NCBI RefSeq assembly: GCF_964213995.1
Contig: NW_027590135.1
Location: 1,054,001-1,118,000 of the forward strand
DNA length: 64,000 nt
Reading direction: 5' to 3'
DNA from: Mustelus asterias
Lineage: Eukaryota
Shown: positions 1-12,130 of the stretch, in pieces
How positions within the stretch are numbered: position 1 is the stretch's first letter
Layout of the letters: each line of letters opens with the position of its first letter
Notes under the pieces: model-generated
Told to the model about the DNA's origin: nothing
The model's database searches: none
Seen by the model: the letters and a program-made list of their open reading frames with translations, nothing else
Program-made: the position numbers and the translations under genes

Positions 1-327
1 CGATGAAGTCAATATGAACGTTATTGAGGTCGTTGCATCGACTGGCCAATAAACAGCTCCGATTGCAGGGTGGTTCAGGCGTTCGACTTGGAATCTAAAT
101 TTGCTTTGATTGGAGACTTTTTTAACCGAAAGAACAGGCCTCAAAACTATTCAATGAGTTCCCAGGCAGGTACAATATTAAAAAGTAGGCTTAAACTGTC
201 CAAAAAGCAAGAGTGAACAATTTCAGTTTACAAAATGTGCGTCAGGACCACCTGGTGTCTGAGGAAATCGGCATCTAAGGCACTTCCGTAATTATAACAA
301 ATGTAAATAGCCATTGCTCAAACATAG

Positions 328-399
328 AGTGGTGAGCATAGCTGCCTTCCAAGCAGTTGACCGGGGTTTGATTCCCGGGTTCGATTCCCGGCCATCGCA
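328..399 (+). pseudogene. tRNA-Gly(TCC) pseudogene; 5' acceptor strand lost, T-arm segment duplicated
   Basis: AGTGGTGAGCATAGCTGCCTTCCAAGCAGTTGACC...GGTTTGATTCCCG GGTTCGATTCCCGGCCATCGCA matches the intact copy at 42162-42233, but lacks the 5' GCGATGGTGGT. Confidence 0.85.
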
Positions 400-709
400 T
401 TGGTAATGTAGTTTTGACTTTATTTTGTGGACAAAATAAAATTCGAACGCGGCAATTGCCGATAAATACGCTTCCCGTTCTAATTTTATTTATTTCGGAC
501 CGAGAATTCGGTTTCAATTTCTTTATCCTGAAAACAATGTTGAAATAGAAGAATAATTGAACAAATGAATTCTCAGTCAAACATAAGGACACCAAATAAA
601 AATAGAGGAACACATGTCAGCTCACACACTGCTCACTGCACAATCCTGGTGCTTGATGAAGTTAACATGAACATCGCTGAGGTGATTACATCATTTTGAG
701 AGATAAGCA

Positions 710-787
710 GCTGCGTTGGCCGAGTGGTTAAGGCGTTGGACTCAAAACCATCGTTTCCTCGCGAAGGTTCAAACTCTGTGCGCAATG
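710..787 (+). pseudogene. degenerate tRNA-Ser pseudogene
   Basis: GCTGCGTTGGCCGAGTGGTTAAGGCGTTGGACTCAAAACC... is homologous to tRNA-Ser(TGA) at 41750-41831; anticodon, variable and T arms decayed. A further 5' fragment lies at about 56-100. Confidence 0.75.
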
Positions 788-1500
788 AGCGAGATTGGAA
801 ATGTTTAATTGGCTTCTCCAGGGCAGCCCATGATATTGAATTCTAATTTACTGTGGGCTCTTTCTATAAAGACCGGGAACTGTGCTGGCATCGACAATAT
901 AGGCCGAATGGCTTCTGTGCTGTAACTTCCATGATAAAAATCATGACTTGAGAAGAAAGAAAAAGAGCAGCACAAGGACAAAACAAGGACTTATTCCAGA
1001 GAAAGATTCTTGTGTCATGACACACAGGACATAAGAAATACACTTCATCAGAATACATTGAATGAATGAGAATTTCAAAATGCTGCTTAGATGATGAAAT
1101 ACCATGTTCATTCAAAACATGCTACAAGCTGGACATTACTGGGCGTTCGGTATTCCTGCTTAAAACAGTTTGGGAATGGAACGAACATGTGGAACATAAG
1201 GAAGAATAATCATATTGGAACGTTAGTAAAAGAGGATTATAGACAATCATAAGACATCAGGAAATTTCATGTTAGAATTAATTTCAAAATGTCTATGGAT
1301 TAAGTGGTCACTCAGCCCAGGACTCCAAACACAAGCGAAAAAATGATGGAATATATTCAGATATTAGAGAATTCTGCAACCAAATCGATGTTGCTTTAAA
1401 ATCTCCCAATAATTTCTGACAGATCCAACCGAGCTGGGCAGCTCATTGAGAAAGCAGCTGTTGCCATGTTTACGCATCAGATGTATTTCTGGCAGAAAAT

Positions 1501-2170
1501 GATATCCGAGAGTGTGTGGAAAATGTGTGTGAGAGTCAGAACTGGGTCCGAAATGAAACCAGTGGTGGCGGCACAGAGCAACTGAAAGGAAGAGAGCAGA
1601 TGGTGCAGAGACAAGCTGTTGTCAGCTCCCGGATCCTCCAGCTGTGTTTCTCTCTCTTCACAAACTCTCCCACTGCAATTAAAATTAGACTATCTAGATT
1701 CTCAGACTGACTTATTTCTGTTAATGAAATCCGAACGTTTCCTGTCGTGAAAATTCCATCTGAATTCAAGGCAGCAATTCCCACTTCAACCCGTTTCTTT
1801 GCTGCATTGATCGCGCTTTTGTCGACTGAAACCATAAAATCGACCCAAACTTTCCCTTAAATTCTCTCTTCAGGTCTGAGCAGCGCGATCCAATGACAGG
1901 AGAATCTTGTGATTTGACACAAGAAGGACTGGGAAATCAGCCGCTGAGAGCGGACACACAAACACAGTAACATTAGTCTAACCCAGCCGCCCCTTTAGCA
2001 CACTCTCGCTGACACAGTGTTCACCTCTGCACATTGACAGGTCAAACTGTGTCTCAGATTGACAGCTCCGAGGACAGGCTTTCCTCTCCTCTCGCTCTGT
2101 GCTGTGGATTCGGGGAGAATAATTGGAGTTTCCCAGCTCAGTAACTATTAAAGCCTCTGAGGCTGGCGAT
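1501..2170 (-). pseudogene. orphan histone H1 promoter/5' UTR with no coding sequence
   Basis: Reverse complement aligns with 43115-43817 (TTTTCCACACACTCTCGGATAT, AAACACA box at 1643-1649); ATG replaced by ATC and followed by unrelated sequence. Confidence 0.8.
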
Positions 2171-2639
2171 GCTCACAGTGTCTGTTCCCCAGATTCGGGG
2201 GGCTGCAGCCAATCAGAGTTGTGCCTGGTTTAACCCAGAACTGTTTGAAATTATGATCTTGTTCACAAGCTGAATTCTATTTGTTCAGATGAAGATACAG
2301 ATGGTTTGCACTGCGTCATTAACCAACAAGATCCCCCCTTCATATACAGTTAACGAGTGGGGGTGGAGGGATAGACATGGACAGAGTGAGTGAGGCGATG
2401 ATACACAGACGGCCAGACAATGTCTCAGTGGCTGAAATCCTTGTAAATTCCGGCTTTATCCAGAAAGATTCTCTTGGAGATTCTCACTGATATTGTAACA
2501 GAGACACATTATTAATCCCACACTCAGGGACAGTGCTGCATTTTGACAGAAGGGATGGGGAGAGGCAATAGAAACTGAATGGCCCAGTTCTGAGCAGTGT
2601 GCAGGCTCAGAGTGACCAGAGGTTCAGAGAGATCTTGAA

Positions 2640-3100
2640 GGAGAGAGGCGAATTTGAGAGAGTTGTCAGGAAGGCGGATTGGATGCTTGGCTTCGGAAAT
2701 GGAAGCCATGATGTGGAAATGCCGTCTTTGGACTGGGGTAAACACAGTAAGAAGTAAGCCACCAAATAAATCTGTTGGACTTTAGCCTGGTGTTGTGAGA
2801 CTTCTTACTTTATAAATGGAGGCATTGAGTATAAAAAATGGGAAGTTATGCTCAATCTTTATAAAGCTCTGCTTAACTACAGCTGTTTTAGGATTGCACC
2901 CAGACCCGGTAACCACACTTTCGAAAGTATGTGAGGGTCCTTCGGAGATTTACTGCTTTGGATCCAGCGATGATGGATTTTAGCGAAAAGGTTTGGCTGG
3001 ATAATTCGGATTTTCTCTCTTTGCAGCTGACGGGATTGAGTGGTGATGTAAGAGACGTGTAAAAGAGCATAACACATTGAACACAGGCCAAATTGCTGGA
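2640..3100 (+). mobile_element. degraded CR1 LINE 3' fragment with a Penelope-derived piece at about 2711-2808
   Basis: GGCATTGAGTATAAAA, TATAAAGCTCTG RT-end motifs; GATGTGGAAATGCC...CCTGGTGTTGTGAGACTTCTTAC terminal motif. Confidence 0.6.
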
Positions 3101-3169
3101 TTAGCTGCGAGCAGAAGGATTCAGGGACAGGCAGTGAAGATTTAAGACAGGATGTATAGGAGGCATCGG

Positions 3170-3400
3170 ATCCCAACAGCGCGGAAGGAGGCCACTCGGC
3201 CCAGACATTCTGCGCCGACTCTCCGACGGAGAATCCCTCCCTGCAACCACAAGTAATTACCCTACTAATCCCCCCGACAAGAAGGGTCAATTCAGCCTGG
3301 CCAATCCACCTAATCTGCACATCGTTGGGGATGGGAGTAAACCGGAACACCCGAAGGAAACCCACGCACACGGGGAGAACGTGCAAACTCCACACAGACA
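3170..3400 (-). mobile_element. HE1-like V-SINE, partial
   Basis: GGCCAATCCACCTAATCTGCACATC and GGGAGAACGTGCAAACTCCACACAGACA core. Confidence 0.75.
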
Positions 3401-3578
3401 GGCATCCAAGAATGTTAGTAATGAAATTCAGTTTTCTGCCGGTCACAAACGCTGGGGATTCCCCTTCAATTTGTGGCATCTGGGAATCAGCGAAGCATCC
3501 AAAAATAGGACTGACAATAAATATAACCACGGTAGGTATTCACATGGTACTGACATTCTGTACAACATTGCATCTGTT

Positions 3579-3670
3579 GACCGCATGGCCTAATGGATAA
3601 GGCGTCTGACTTCGGCAATCGTAGTGATGATGCTATCAGAAAATTGCAGGTTCGAGTCCTGTTTTATGCA
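3579..3670 (+). tRNA. tRNA-Arg(TCG) with 19-nt intron (3616-3634); 3' acceptor strand decayed, probably a pseudogene
   Basis: GACCGCATGGCCTAATGGATAAGGCGTCTGACTTCGG [CAATCGTAGTGATGATGCT] ATCAGAAAATTGCAGGTTCGAGTCCTG closely matches vertebrate tRNA-Arg(TCG) once the insert is removed. Confidence 0.85.
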
Positions 3671-3999
3671 GAAATCTGTTCGAAGTTCCGGAAAAAAACG
3701 AAATGTCCTTCTATAGCTGAAAGCTCTGCATTTTCTTGCAAACATTGCCGGGCGCTATCTGAGAATGCACTTCCTTGTTGTTTTCTTCACTCAATTTTTT
3801 AATCTCATTATTTTATTCTCCTCCCAAGAAATCAATCTTATCTTTGAGATCTTAATAAATCATTGATGCTCCCGAATGGAGCAACAGGCTTTGCAGCAAA
3901 TGGTTTAACCAAATTCTGTGGAGAGAATTCTCACATCCTCAGGAAGAGGTTTAATAATGAGCTGAATGAACTGTTTCTGTTTACAGGGATGAAAGGTTA

Positions 4000-4345
4000 T
4001 GTCACTGGGCTGGTAATCCAGAGGCGTGCACTAATCTTTGGGAAGACGGAGTAAATCCCACCATTGGTGAAATTTAATTCATTGATTAAATCAATCTGGA
4101 ATTGAAAGCTAGTATCAGGGATAGCGGCCTTGAAACTGTCGCCGATTGTTGTAAAACCTCATCTGGTTCATCAGTGCACTTTAGATAAAGAAGTCTGCCC
4201 TCCATGTGACTGCAGACCCAGAGCAATGAGGGTGACTCTTACCTGCCCTCTGAAATGGCCGAACAAACCACTCTCAGTTGATGGACAATTAGGGAAAGGC
4301 AACAAATGCTGGTCCAGCAGGCGACACCAACAGCCCATAAAAAGT
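4000..4345 (+). mobile_element. Deu/SacSINE1-like tRNA-derived SINE
   Basis: GATTGTTGTAAAACCTCATCTGGTTCA...TGTGACTGCAGACCC...CTGCCCTCTGAAATGGCC...CAATTAGGGA, shared with the copy at 49865-51185. Confidence 0.55.
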
Positions 4346-5224
4346 AGAATAATTATGTAGAAAGAGAATGGCCTGGTAACGGATTGAGAAACTGGATGCT
4401 TCTTCTCCTGCAATAACAAGGCTGAGGGGGGTCTGATGCTGGGCTGTAAATTAGTGAAAGATTTTGAAAAATTTCATTTCGATAAAATAGGCCAGAGAAG
4501 GGCAGATAAAAATGTATCTCACTCTCATTGATGGCTGGTGGTTTTAGCACAATGATGTACATGCGACCAGCGTATCAGCGAATCCTAAGAGTGTGAGAGA
4601 AATTCCATCAGTAATGCTTCCCCGCCATCCTCCAGATTGAAGCGAGGCAGCATTCATGCTGGTGACTGGGAGGAGTTTGTTACTCATCGTTGAAAATGGC
4701 CAAAACATTTCCCTCAATCTACAGCACGCTTTTATGAGGCAGAATGGCGGGAGAGAAGAAAGTAACAGAGAAGAAAGCTCCATGGGCCGAGAATGGGCCT
4801 GTTCACTCACTTGAAAACCCATGGCAGTAATTCACGGCCCTGACTGGGTGTCATCCTCAAATCAAGAGACAGACAACGATAACAACTGCTTGTTACAAAA
4901 TAACTATCATAAAAAAGCCACGTCCAACATTAATATTGTTAAAACTTCCCGATAGTCTGAACAATTCTTGTTTATTTATACCTCTCTGGTTTGTGAGCTT
5001 CGCTCTTCCTGGGTGTGTTGGCCGCAACCCAGAACCTCAACAGAGGGAAGACGTTCACATCAAGTGAGGGTGTTCCAGGAATAGGTCAATATGGAGAATT
5101 AATAAAGGGGTGTGATTGGATAGACCTCGTAATTTAATCATTAAATCCACTTTAGAAATCAATATTAAATTATCATTGAGTCGGCAGCATTTGCAATTTG
5201 CTATCGTCCAGAGCATTGGCAGTT

Positions 5225-5307
5225 GGCTCGTTGGTCGAGGGGTATGATTCTCGGTTAGGGTAATATTAGTATGCCAGTGCTTCCGGGTTTAAAACCCGGA
5301 CAAGCCC
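5225..5307 (+). tRNA. tRNA-Pro(AGG) with 11-nt intron (5261-5271); several substitutions, probably a pseudogene
   Basis: GGCTCGTTGGTCGAGGGGTATGATTCTCGGTTAGGG [TAATATTAGTA] TGCCAGTGCTTCCGGGTTTAAAACCCGGACAAGCCC gives 36+36 nt exons of tRNA-Pro. Confidence 0.8.
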
Positions 5308-5480
5308 AGCGATCGTTTATTGAATCGGGAGCAAGTTTGAGATCATGAGAAATCATTGCAGTGAATATGTCACTGCAGAACACGAGAAGAAACGATCACC
5401 AGATTTAAATTTCGTTTGACCATCCAAAGGTACTGAAGGATATGACACGGGAAATTTGCGAAGAGACTGGAAATAATTTT

Positions 5481-5775
5481 GGGTGGCACAGTGGTTAGCA
5501 CTCCTGCCTCACAGCGCCAGGGTCCTACGTTCAATTGCGGTCTCGGTTCACTGTTTGTGTGCAGTTTGCACGCTCTCCCCATGTCTGTGTGGCTTCCCTC
5601 CCACAGTCCAAAGATGTGCGGGCTTGGTTGATCGGCCATACTAAATGGACCAGATTGTCAGCGGGATCAGCAGGGTAAATGAGCGTTACTGAACTAGGAC
5701 CTGGGTGGGATTGTAGTCGGTACACACTCGATGCACCAAATGTCCTCCCTTCTGTACTTTCGGCATTCTACGATT
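5481..5775 (+). mobile_element. HE1-like V-SINE
   Basis: GGCACAGTGGTTAGCACT...CCTCACAGCGCCAGGG head, CCCACAGTCCAAAGATGTGC core, CR1-like tail. Confidence 0.85.
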
Positions 5776-6584
5776 GGAGACGATTAGCACAGCTGCATTT
5801 AATGGAAAGCTGGATAAGTGTTGGAAGGAGAATGGATTTCAGAGACAAACAGATAATGTTACATGAAATGGTTGGGTGGAGGATCGGGTCGAGCAGTTTA
5901 AGAATTCGAAAAAATGGTCCCAATTTCACTTAGGTATCTTATTTATTGAATCACTCCAGATCTACAAAGTGTCTGAGAGACTGGGAGACAATTAATAATT
6001 CCCCAATCACAGGATGAACAAAACACAGGGTGATACAGAATGAATCATTCACTCATATACATCCACAGAGATTGCCAGATAGACAATCAATTCCACACTC
6101 AAATCCTGCACCACACACTACGTGCGACAGAATGGTTATCACACCCATACACACAGAATAGTTACAGCACAGGAAAAGATCATCCGGCCCTTTGTGTCTG
6201 GGAGTTGGCTTTTATATAGAAGCTCAGTTATCCCAGCCCACATCATGAAAGCATGGCAGCAAAACTTGAAGAAGACACAATATATGTCGTTAAGTAATTT
6301 GTGGAGAGTGCGGAAGGAGCTTGCAGATAGCTACAGACAGGTTTTGTACATGTGCAGACACCTGGCAACTGGAATATAATGTGCAGTTATTCACTTTGGC
6401 AGGAAGATAACAAAATCAGATTATTACTCAAATATAGAACGGCTGCAGATTTCCAAGGTGCAGAGGGATCTCGGTGCTCGAGTGCACGAGTCACAAATAA
6501 TTAGTATGCATGTTCAGCAAGGAATAAAAATGGTTAATGGAATATTTGCTTTGTTACAAGCATTTAAGTGTGTGAGAAAAGAAT

Positions 6585-7345
6585 GTAAGAAGTTTAACAA
6601 CACCAGGTTAAAGTCCAACAGGTTTATTTGGTAGCAAAAGCCACACAAGCTTTCGGAGCTCTCAGCCCCTTCTTCAGGTGAGTGGGAATTCTGTTCACAA
6701 ACAGAGCTTATAAAGACACAGACTCAATTTACATGAATAATGGTTGGAATGCGAATACTTACAACTAATCAAGTCTTTAAGAAACAAAACAATGTGAGTG
6801 GAGAGAGCATCAAGACAGGCTAAAAAGATGTGTATTGTCTCCAGACAAGACAGCCAGTGAAACTCTGCAGGTCCACGCAACTGTGGGAGTTCCAAATAGT
6901 GTGACATGAACCCAATATCCTGGTTGAGGCCGTCCTCGTGTGTGCGGAACTTGGCTATCAGTTTCTGCTCAGCGACTCTGCGCTGTCGTGTGTCGCGAAG
7001 GCCGCCTTGGAGAACGCTTACCCGAATATCAGAGGCCGAATGCCCGTGACCGCTGAAGTGCTCCCCAACAGGAAGAGAACAGTCTTGCCTGGTGATTGTC
7101 GAGCGGTGTTCATTCATCCGTTGTCGCAGCGTCTGCATAGTTTCCCCAATGTACCATGCCTCGGGACATCCTTTCTTGCAGCGTATCAGGTAGACAACGT
7201 TGGCCGAGTTGCAAGAGTATGTACCGTGTACCTGGTGGATGGTGTTCTCACGTGAGATGATGGCATCTGTGTCGATGATCCGGCACGTCTTGCAGAGGTT
7301 GCTGTGGCAGGGTTGTGTGGTGTCTTGGTCACTGTTCTCCTGAAT
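6585..7345 (-). mobile_element. Penelope-like element 3' fragment: GIY-YIG endonuclease end, 3' UTR and hammerhead motif
   Basis: Peptide QTLRQRMNEHRSTI...PVGEHFSGHGHS...RRVAEQKLIAKFRTHEDGLN and an upstream NVVYLIRC..C..YIGET frame; terminal repeat shared with the fold-back elements. Confidence 0.9.
6644..6680 (-). ncRNA. minimal type I hammerhead ribozyme motif
   Basis: CAC CUGAAGA A GGGGC-UGAGA-GCUCC GAAA GCUU GUG. Confidence 0.7.
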
Positions 7346-7901
7346 GCAGCTTGAACAGCACTACAGAAGTTGAGTACCATCCAGGACAAAGCATCCCACT
7401 TCATTCGCTTCCCATGCATAAAAATTCACTCCCTCCACTACAGCAGTGCGCACCATCGACACGATGCACTGCAGCAGCTCAGCAAGGCTCCTTTGCCAGC
7501 AGCTTCCAGACCAATGACTACGACAGCCTGGAAGGACAAGCGCAGCAGACACACCAGAATAACACCACCAGGTTGCAGGGCACTGATATTCATTTATTGA
7601 TTGTAGTTATTTGTAAGTTGTTGTTGTTGCGTGTGTGTGTTCTTTAATCCTCTTTATCTTTCAAAAGAAGTGAAATATCTAATTGAAAAAGATGCTACTA
7701 TTTCTAACCCAACCAGCGAACGTTGTGTCAAACTTAAAGAAAGCCCCAGGGGTTTGTGATTTATTCTCGAGTTAGTGGTTTCCCTGGGAGCCGAGGCAAC
7801 AGAAACAGCGCGGAGAGTTGGCAGAGCAGGAAATGTCGGTGCCGAAGCTGAATCACATCATTGAAGCAGCAAACTGTTTGCCACTAATCTGACCCAAAAT
7901 C

Positions 7902-7992
7902 CAACGCTGGTGGGTCTCGAAACCACAACCTTTGAACGGCTAACTTGCTATCATGTAGAAGCCCAACGCGCTTTCCATTGCGCCACAGAGCT
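7902..7992 (-). tRNA. tRNA-Arg(TCT) with 18-nt intron (7938-7955), diverged
   Basis: AGCTCTGTGGCGCAATGGAAAGCGCGTTGGGCTTCTA [intron] GTTCAAAGGTTGTGGTTTCGAGACCCACCAGCGTTG matches the vertebrate intron-containing Arg(TCT). Confidence 0.85.
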
Positions 7993-9469
7993 GCGTGACG
8001 GAAGCTTACTTTACTTGTCCATATATGGATTTTTGACAGCGTAGAAACGATTCGTATTTTCACCAATCTCGTAGTTAAAACGTCAAGAACTGTTCAGAGG
8101 AACTTCATTGATTGCAACTCGTGTTGGAACATCTTATGTCTGTTGAGACAGCTGTGGAAATTCACACCTTTCTACAGGAAACGTGTCCATCACAGAATGA
8201 TCCTCCCTCTCTCTCTTCCTCATTCTCCTGTACAGCTTGGAGTCAAATCTCGCAGGCTTGATAGTCGGGAGACACGTTCTACTCTATCTGCCACAGGCTG
8301 ATCAGAACCTGTTCCCTGTTCCAGTAAAACATCTGCACAGAACACAACGCAAAGCTGGAAGCTGGAAATCTGAAACAAAAACAGAAAATGCTGGAAGTGC
8401 TCAGCGGATGAGGCAAACTTTTTGATTAATGGAGATTTCTGGAAAACAAATTCCTGAAGCACAGCACAGCTGCACAGTTTAAAGTTTCCTTTCATCCACA
8501 ATGGATGGGCCATTCTATGATTTTGAATAATCCAAATTGACAATGCGCATTGTTATTCTAGTGGCCACAGCCTGATAACCACTCCAGGCATTGATGTCGC
8601 CCTTGGATTTTAAATTTGTAAATCCATTCTCTATCTTTTAAAGCTGCAATTGAAACTGTATCTATAACCCATTCAGTTCTTTGTGAGTGAGAAGGAGAAT
8701 TGAAGATACATTTGGATCATTTTCCTTTGACTGAATTTGTACAGAAGCATAAAGGCGGGCATCACACACAGCACTTCATGAAACTCACCCGCTAAAAGCT
8801 TACAGTGTTTAATCAAGGGATGGTCCTATTTATTCATTTATTATTAATGGAGAATAGAAAAGTTGGAACTGTATGCAATCTGGGCAATATAACTGAGCAA
8901 AGTGAAACACAATGGGGACTGGGCACGATAAGCCTCCCATGGGCAAAAGACAAAGTGGAGGTGCGACGTTGACTGCCTTGTGAGACGGAGCAGGGAAATG
9001 TTGTCGGATGAAGATACATAGGAAAGTGGGAGTGCTAAATGTTTAATGATCACTGTACAAGCAAAAGGTGCAATGCAGACTGCAGGCTGGATATTCAATT
9101 CTTACTATCCTAAACAACAGTGATTCAAAATGCCACTTCGTTCAAAACATAATGCCAACGGGCACTAATACATTCCGTAAAAAGCATAGCCTTACTGATT
9201 TATATAATTTAAATGATGTAATTTCATTACAGAGGAAAGCAGCGTACTGGTAGATTTCAAAAAGATACGGCCAACAGATTTAGTATTTCTAAATTCCTCC
9301 GTCCCGGGTTCAATATAATGTGAACAATTCTTGTCTGTTGTGTCCCTCTCTGATGTCTGAACTTCAGTCTACCAGAGTGTGCTGACATCCACTGGCCGCA
9401 ATACAGAACTGAGGTAGCGCGGAAAAAAATGCACATTAACTGTCGCTGTTGACCGACATGTAGTTGGTC

Positions 9470-10492
9470 AAAGAAGACAGAGGGTAGCAGTGGAAAGTGG
9501 CGTTCCTCAGGGATCAGTGTTGTGCCCTTTGCTGTTTGTAATATATATAAATGATTTGGAGGAAAATGTAACCGGTTTGATTGGTAAGTTTGCGGACGAC
9601 ACAAAGGTTGGTGGATTTGTGGAGAGCGATGAGGACAATCAGAGGATACAGCAGGATATGGATCAGTTGGAGACTTGAGCAGAGAGATGGCAGATGGAGT
9701 TTAATCCGGGCAAATGTGAGGTAATGCATTTTGGAAGGTCTAATACAGATAGGAAATATACAGTAAATGTCAGAACCCTTATGAGTATTGATAGACAAAG
9801 GGATCAGGTACACAGGTCACTGAAAGTAGCAATGCAGGTGGAGAAGGTAGTCAAGAAGGCATACAGCATGCTTACCTTCATCAGCCGGGGCATTGAGTTT
9901 AAAAATTGGCAAGTCATGTTGCAGCTTTATGGAACCTTAGTTAGGCCGCACTTGTTCAATTCTGGTCACCATACGACCAGAAGGATGTGGAGGCTTTGGA
10001 GAGGATACAGAAAAGATTTACCAGGATGTTGCCTTGTATGGAGGGCATTAGCTATGAGGAGAGGTTGGAGAAACGTGGTTTGTTCTCACTAGAACGACGG
10101 AGGTTGAGGGGCGACCTGATAGAAGTCTACAAGATTATGAGAGGCATGGATAGAGTGGATAGTCAGAAGCTTTTTCTCAGGGTGGGACAGTCAATTACTA
10201 TGAGGCACAGGTTTAAGATGCGAGGGGCAAGGTTTAAAGGAGATGCACGAGGCAGATATTTTACACAGAGAGTAGTGGGTGCCTGGAACTCATTGCCGAG
10301 GGAGGTAGTGGAACCGGATATGGTAGTGACTTTTAAGGGGCGTCTTGACAAATACATGAATAGGATGGGAATAGAGGGATATGGTCCCCGGAAGGGTAGG
10401 GGGTTTTGGTTCAGTCGGGCAGCATGGTCGGTGCAGGCTTGGAGGGCTGAAGGGCCTCTTCCTGTGCTGTAATTTTCTTTGTTCTTTGTTCT
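9470..10492 (+). mobile_element. 5'-truncated CR1/HER1 LINE (RT C-terminus and 3' tail), with frameshifts
   Basis: SGVPQGSVLCPLLFVIYINDL...KFADDTK; tail CCTGTGCTGTAATTTTCTTTGTTCTTTGTTCT. Confidence 0.95.
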
Positions 10493-11059
10493 ATAACTTC
10501 GAATTTGGTATTACCTGAAGCATTTGAATCGACTAGCACAGATGTACTAAAGGGCAATCGAGGTAATGAGACGTTGGAGAATGAATTTCAGAGGTAAGCA
10601 GATGATGTTCCGTTGAAGATTTTGAGTAGAGGGCCGTGTGGAATCATATACTAATTAGAACAAAAGGCCCAGTTTCAATTAGGTATCTTCCGGGTAGAAA
10701 ATGTACAGATTTGCAAAGTTTCTCAGATAGAGAGAGAGCGATACAGAATGAGTCCAACATCATACATATAGAATCTTAGAATGGATACAACAGAGAGAGG
10801 GAGAGCATTCGGCCCTTTGCCTGCATGCTGGGCTGTACAAGAACATCTCAGCTCATCCCTTTCCAAGTCCTTGCCTCAAAACCCTGGAAATCCTTTCACT
10901 TCAGGTGCTGATCCCATTCTCCCTTGACAACCCGGATTTGATGCTGCCTCGACCACCCTCCCAGGCAGTGCATTCCAGGTTCTAAACACTCAGCACATTA
11001 GAAACCATCCTTCTCTCTTCTGGCAATGGGAACAATATTTCTTCATCTCCTCTTCTCAG

Positions 11060-11360
11060 ACTGCACCCACCAACCCACCACCTCTACCATCTCGAAGGAC
11101 AGCAGCAGTAAATACATGGGAACACCAGCACTGCAAACTCCCCCTCAAGGCACTCACCGTCCTGACTTGGAAATACATTGCGGCTCCTTCACTGTCGCAG
11201 TGGCAAAATCCTGAAAGACTGTTTGGCTAACAGCACTGTGGCTGTACCGACACCTCAGGGACTGCAGCAGTTCAATAAAGCAGCAAACCACCACCTTCTT
11301 AAGGTCAGTTAGAGATTGGCAATGAATGCTGGCCTCGTCAGTGATGCCCTCTCGAAATGA
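11060..11360 (+). mobile_element. old LINE 3' end/SINE tail fragment
   Basis: GGACTGCAGCAGTTCAATAAAGCAGCAAACCACCACCTTCTTAAGG, also seen at about 42980-43090. Confidence 0.5.
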
Positions 11361-12058
11361 ATCAAACAACAAAAAGACTCGCAACGACAACTGGAGACAG
11401 ACAGATACAGAACAAATCTCACTCACGTGCCTGTGTTGGATACAATATGAATCCGCAAATCACATTCACTAACAGAGGGTAAAATGCAGTCGAAATTGGG
11501 CGATCGTTATCCAGTTGCAGTTTAACCAGTGTTTTATACAAGAACAGAAAACATCTTCACACAACATGCGACATTTTAACCCAATATGGAACATCATGAG
11601 ACCAGATAATTAACTTTCTGCCGAACAGAAAACATCTTCACGGAGAATATTTTCACACAACAGGGAACACGTTTACAGAGCAGGGCATATATTAACAAAG
11701 CATTTTTTAAAAATTACACAAGATGGACCGTATTTATACAATCAGAAAGACATTGACAGCATCAGGGAAGCATTTTGCACAACAGCAGAAAACACCTCTC
11801 AACAACAGAGAGCACAGTTACACAGGAGGAAATATATTTGCAAACATGTATTTGCAACAGAAAATTCCTTGAAATATAGTGATTCACCTTTGTCTGTCGT
11901 TATATGTCCAGACAATTTAGCTTACTGCTATTGTGTGTTTTTCTCTGTTGTATTCTGGGTGTGATGCAGGGGCTGAGCCTCCTGACACTGGAACTCGTAT
12001 TAAACAATACAGGGGCGAAAATCTGCCTGACTACATTGATAGACAGACAGCCTTGTGG

Positions 12059-12130
12059 CGCAGAGTGGCGCAGCGGAAGCGTGCTGGGCCCATAACCCAG
12101 AAGTCGATGGATCGAAACCATCCTCTGCTA
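12059..12130 (+). tRNA. initiator tRNA-Met(CAT) with A1>C change
   Basis: CGCAGAGTGGCGCAGCGGAAGCGTGCTGGGCCCATAACCCAGAAGTCGATGGATCGAAACCATCCTCTGCTA; two differences from the vertebrate iMet sequence. Confidence 0.9.

Noticed and set aside
7902-7992. Intron in tRNA-Arg(TCT) as a novelty
   Set aside because: Arg(TCT) introns are standard in vertebrates; useful only as an internal control for the 37/38 position.
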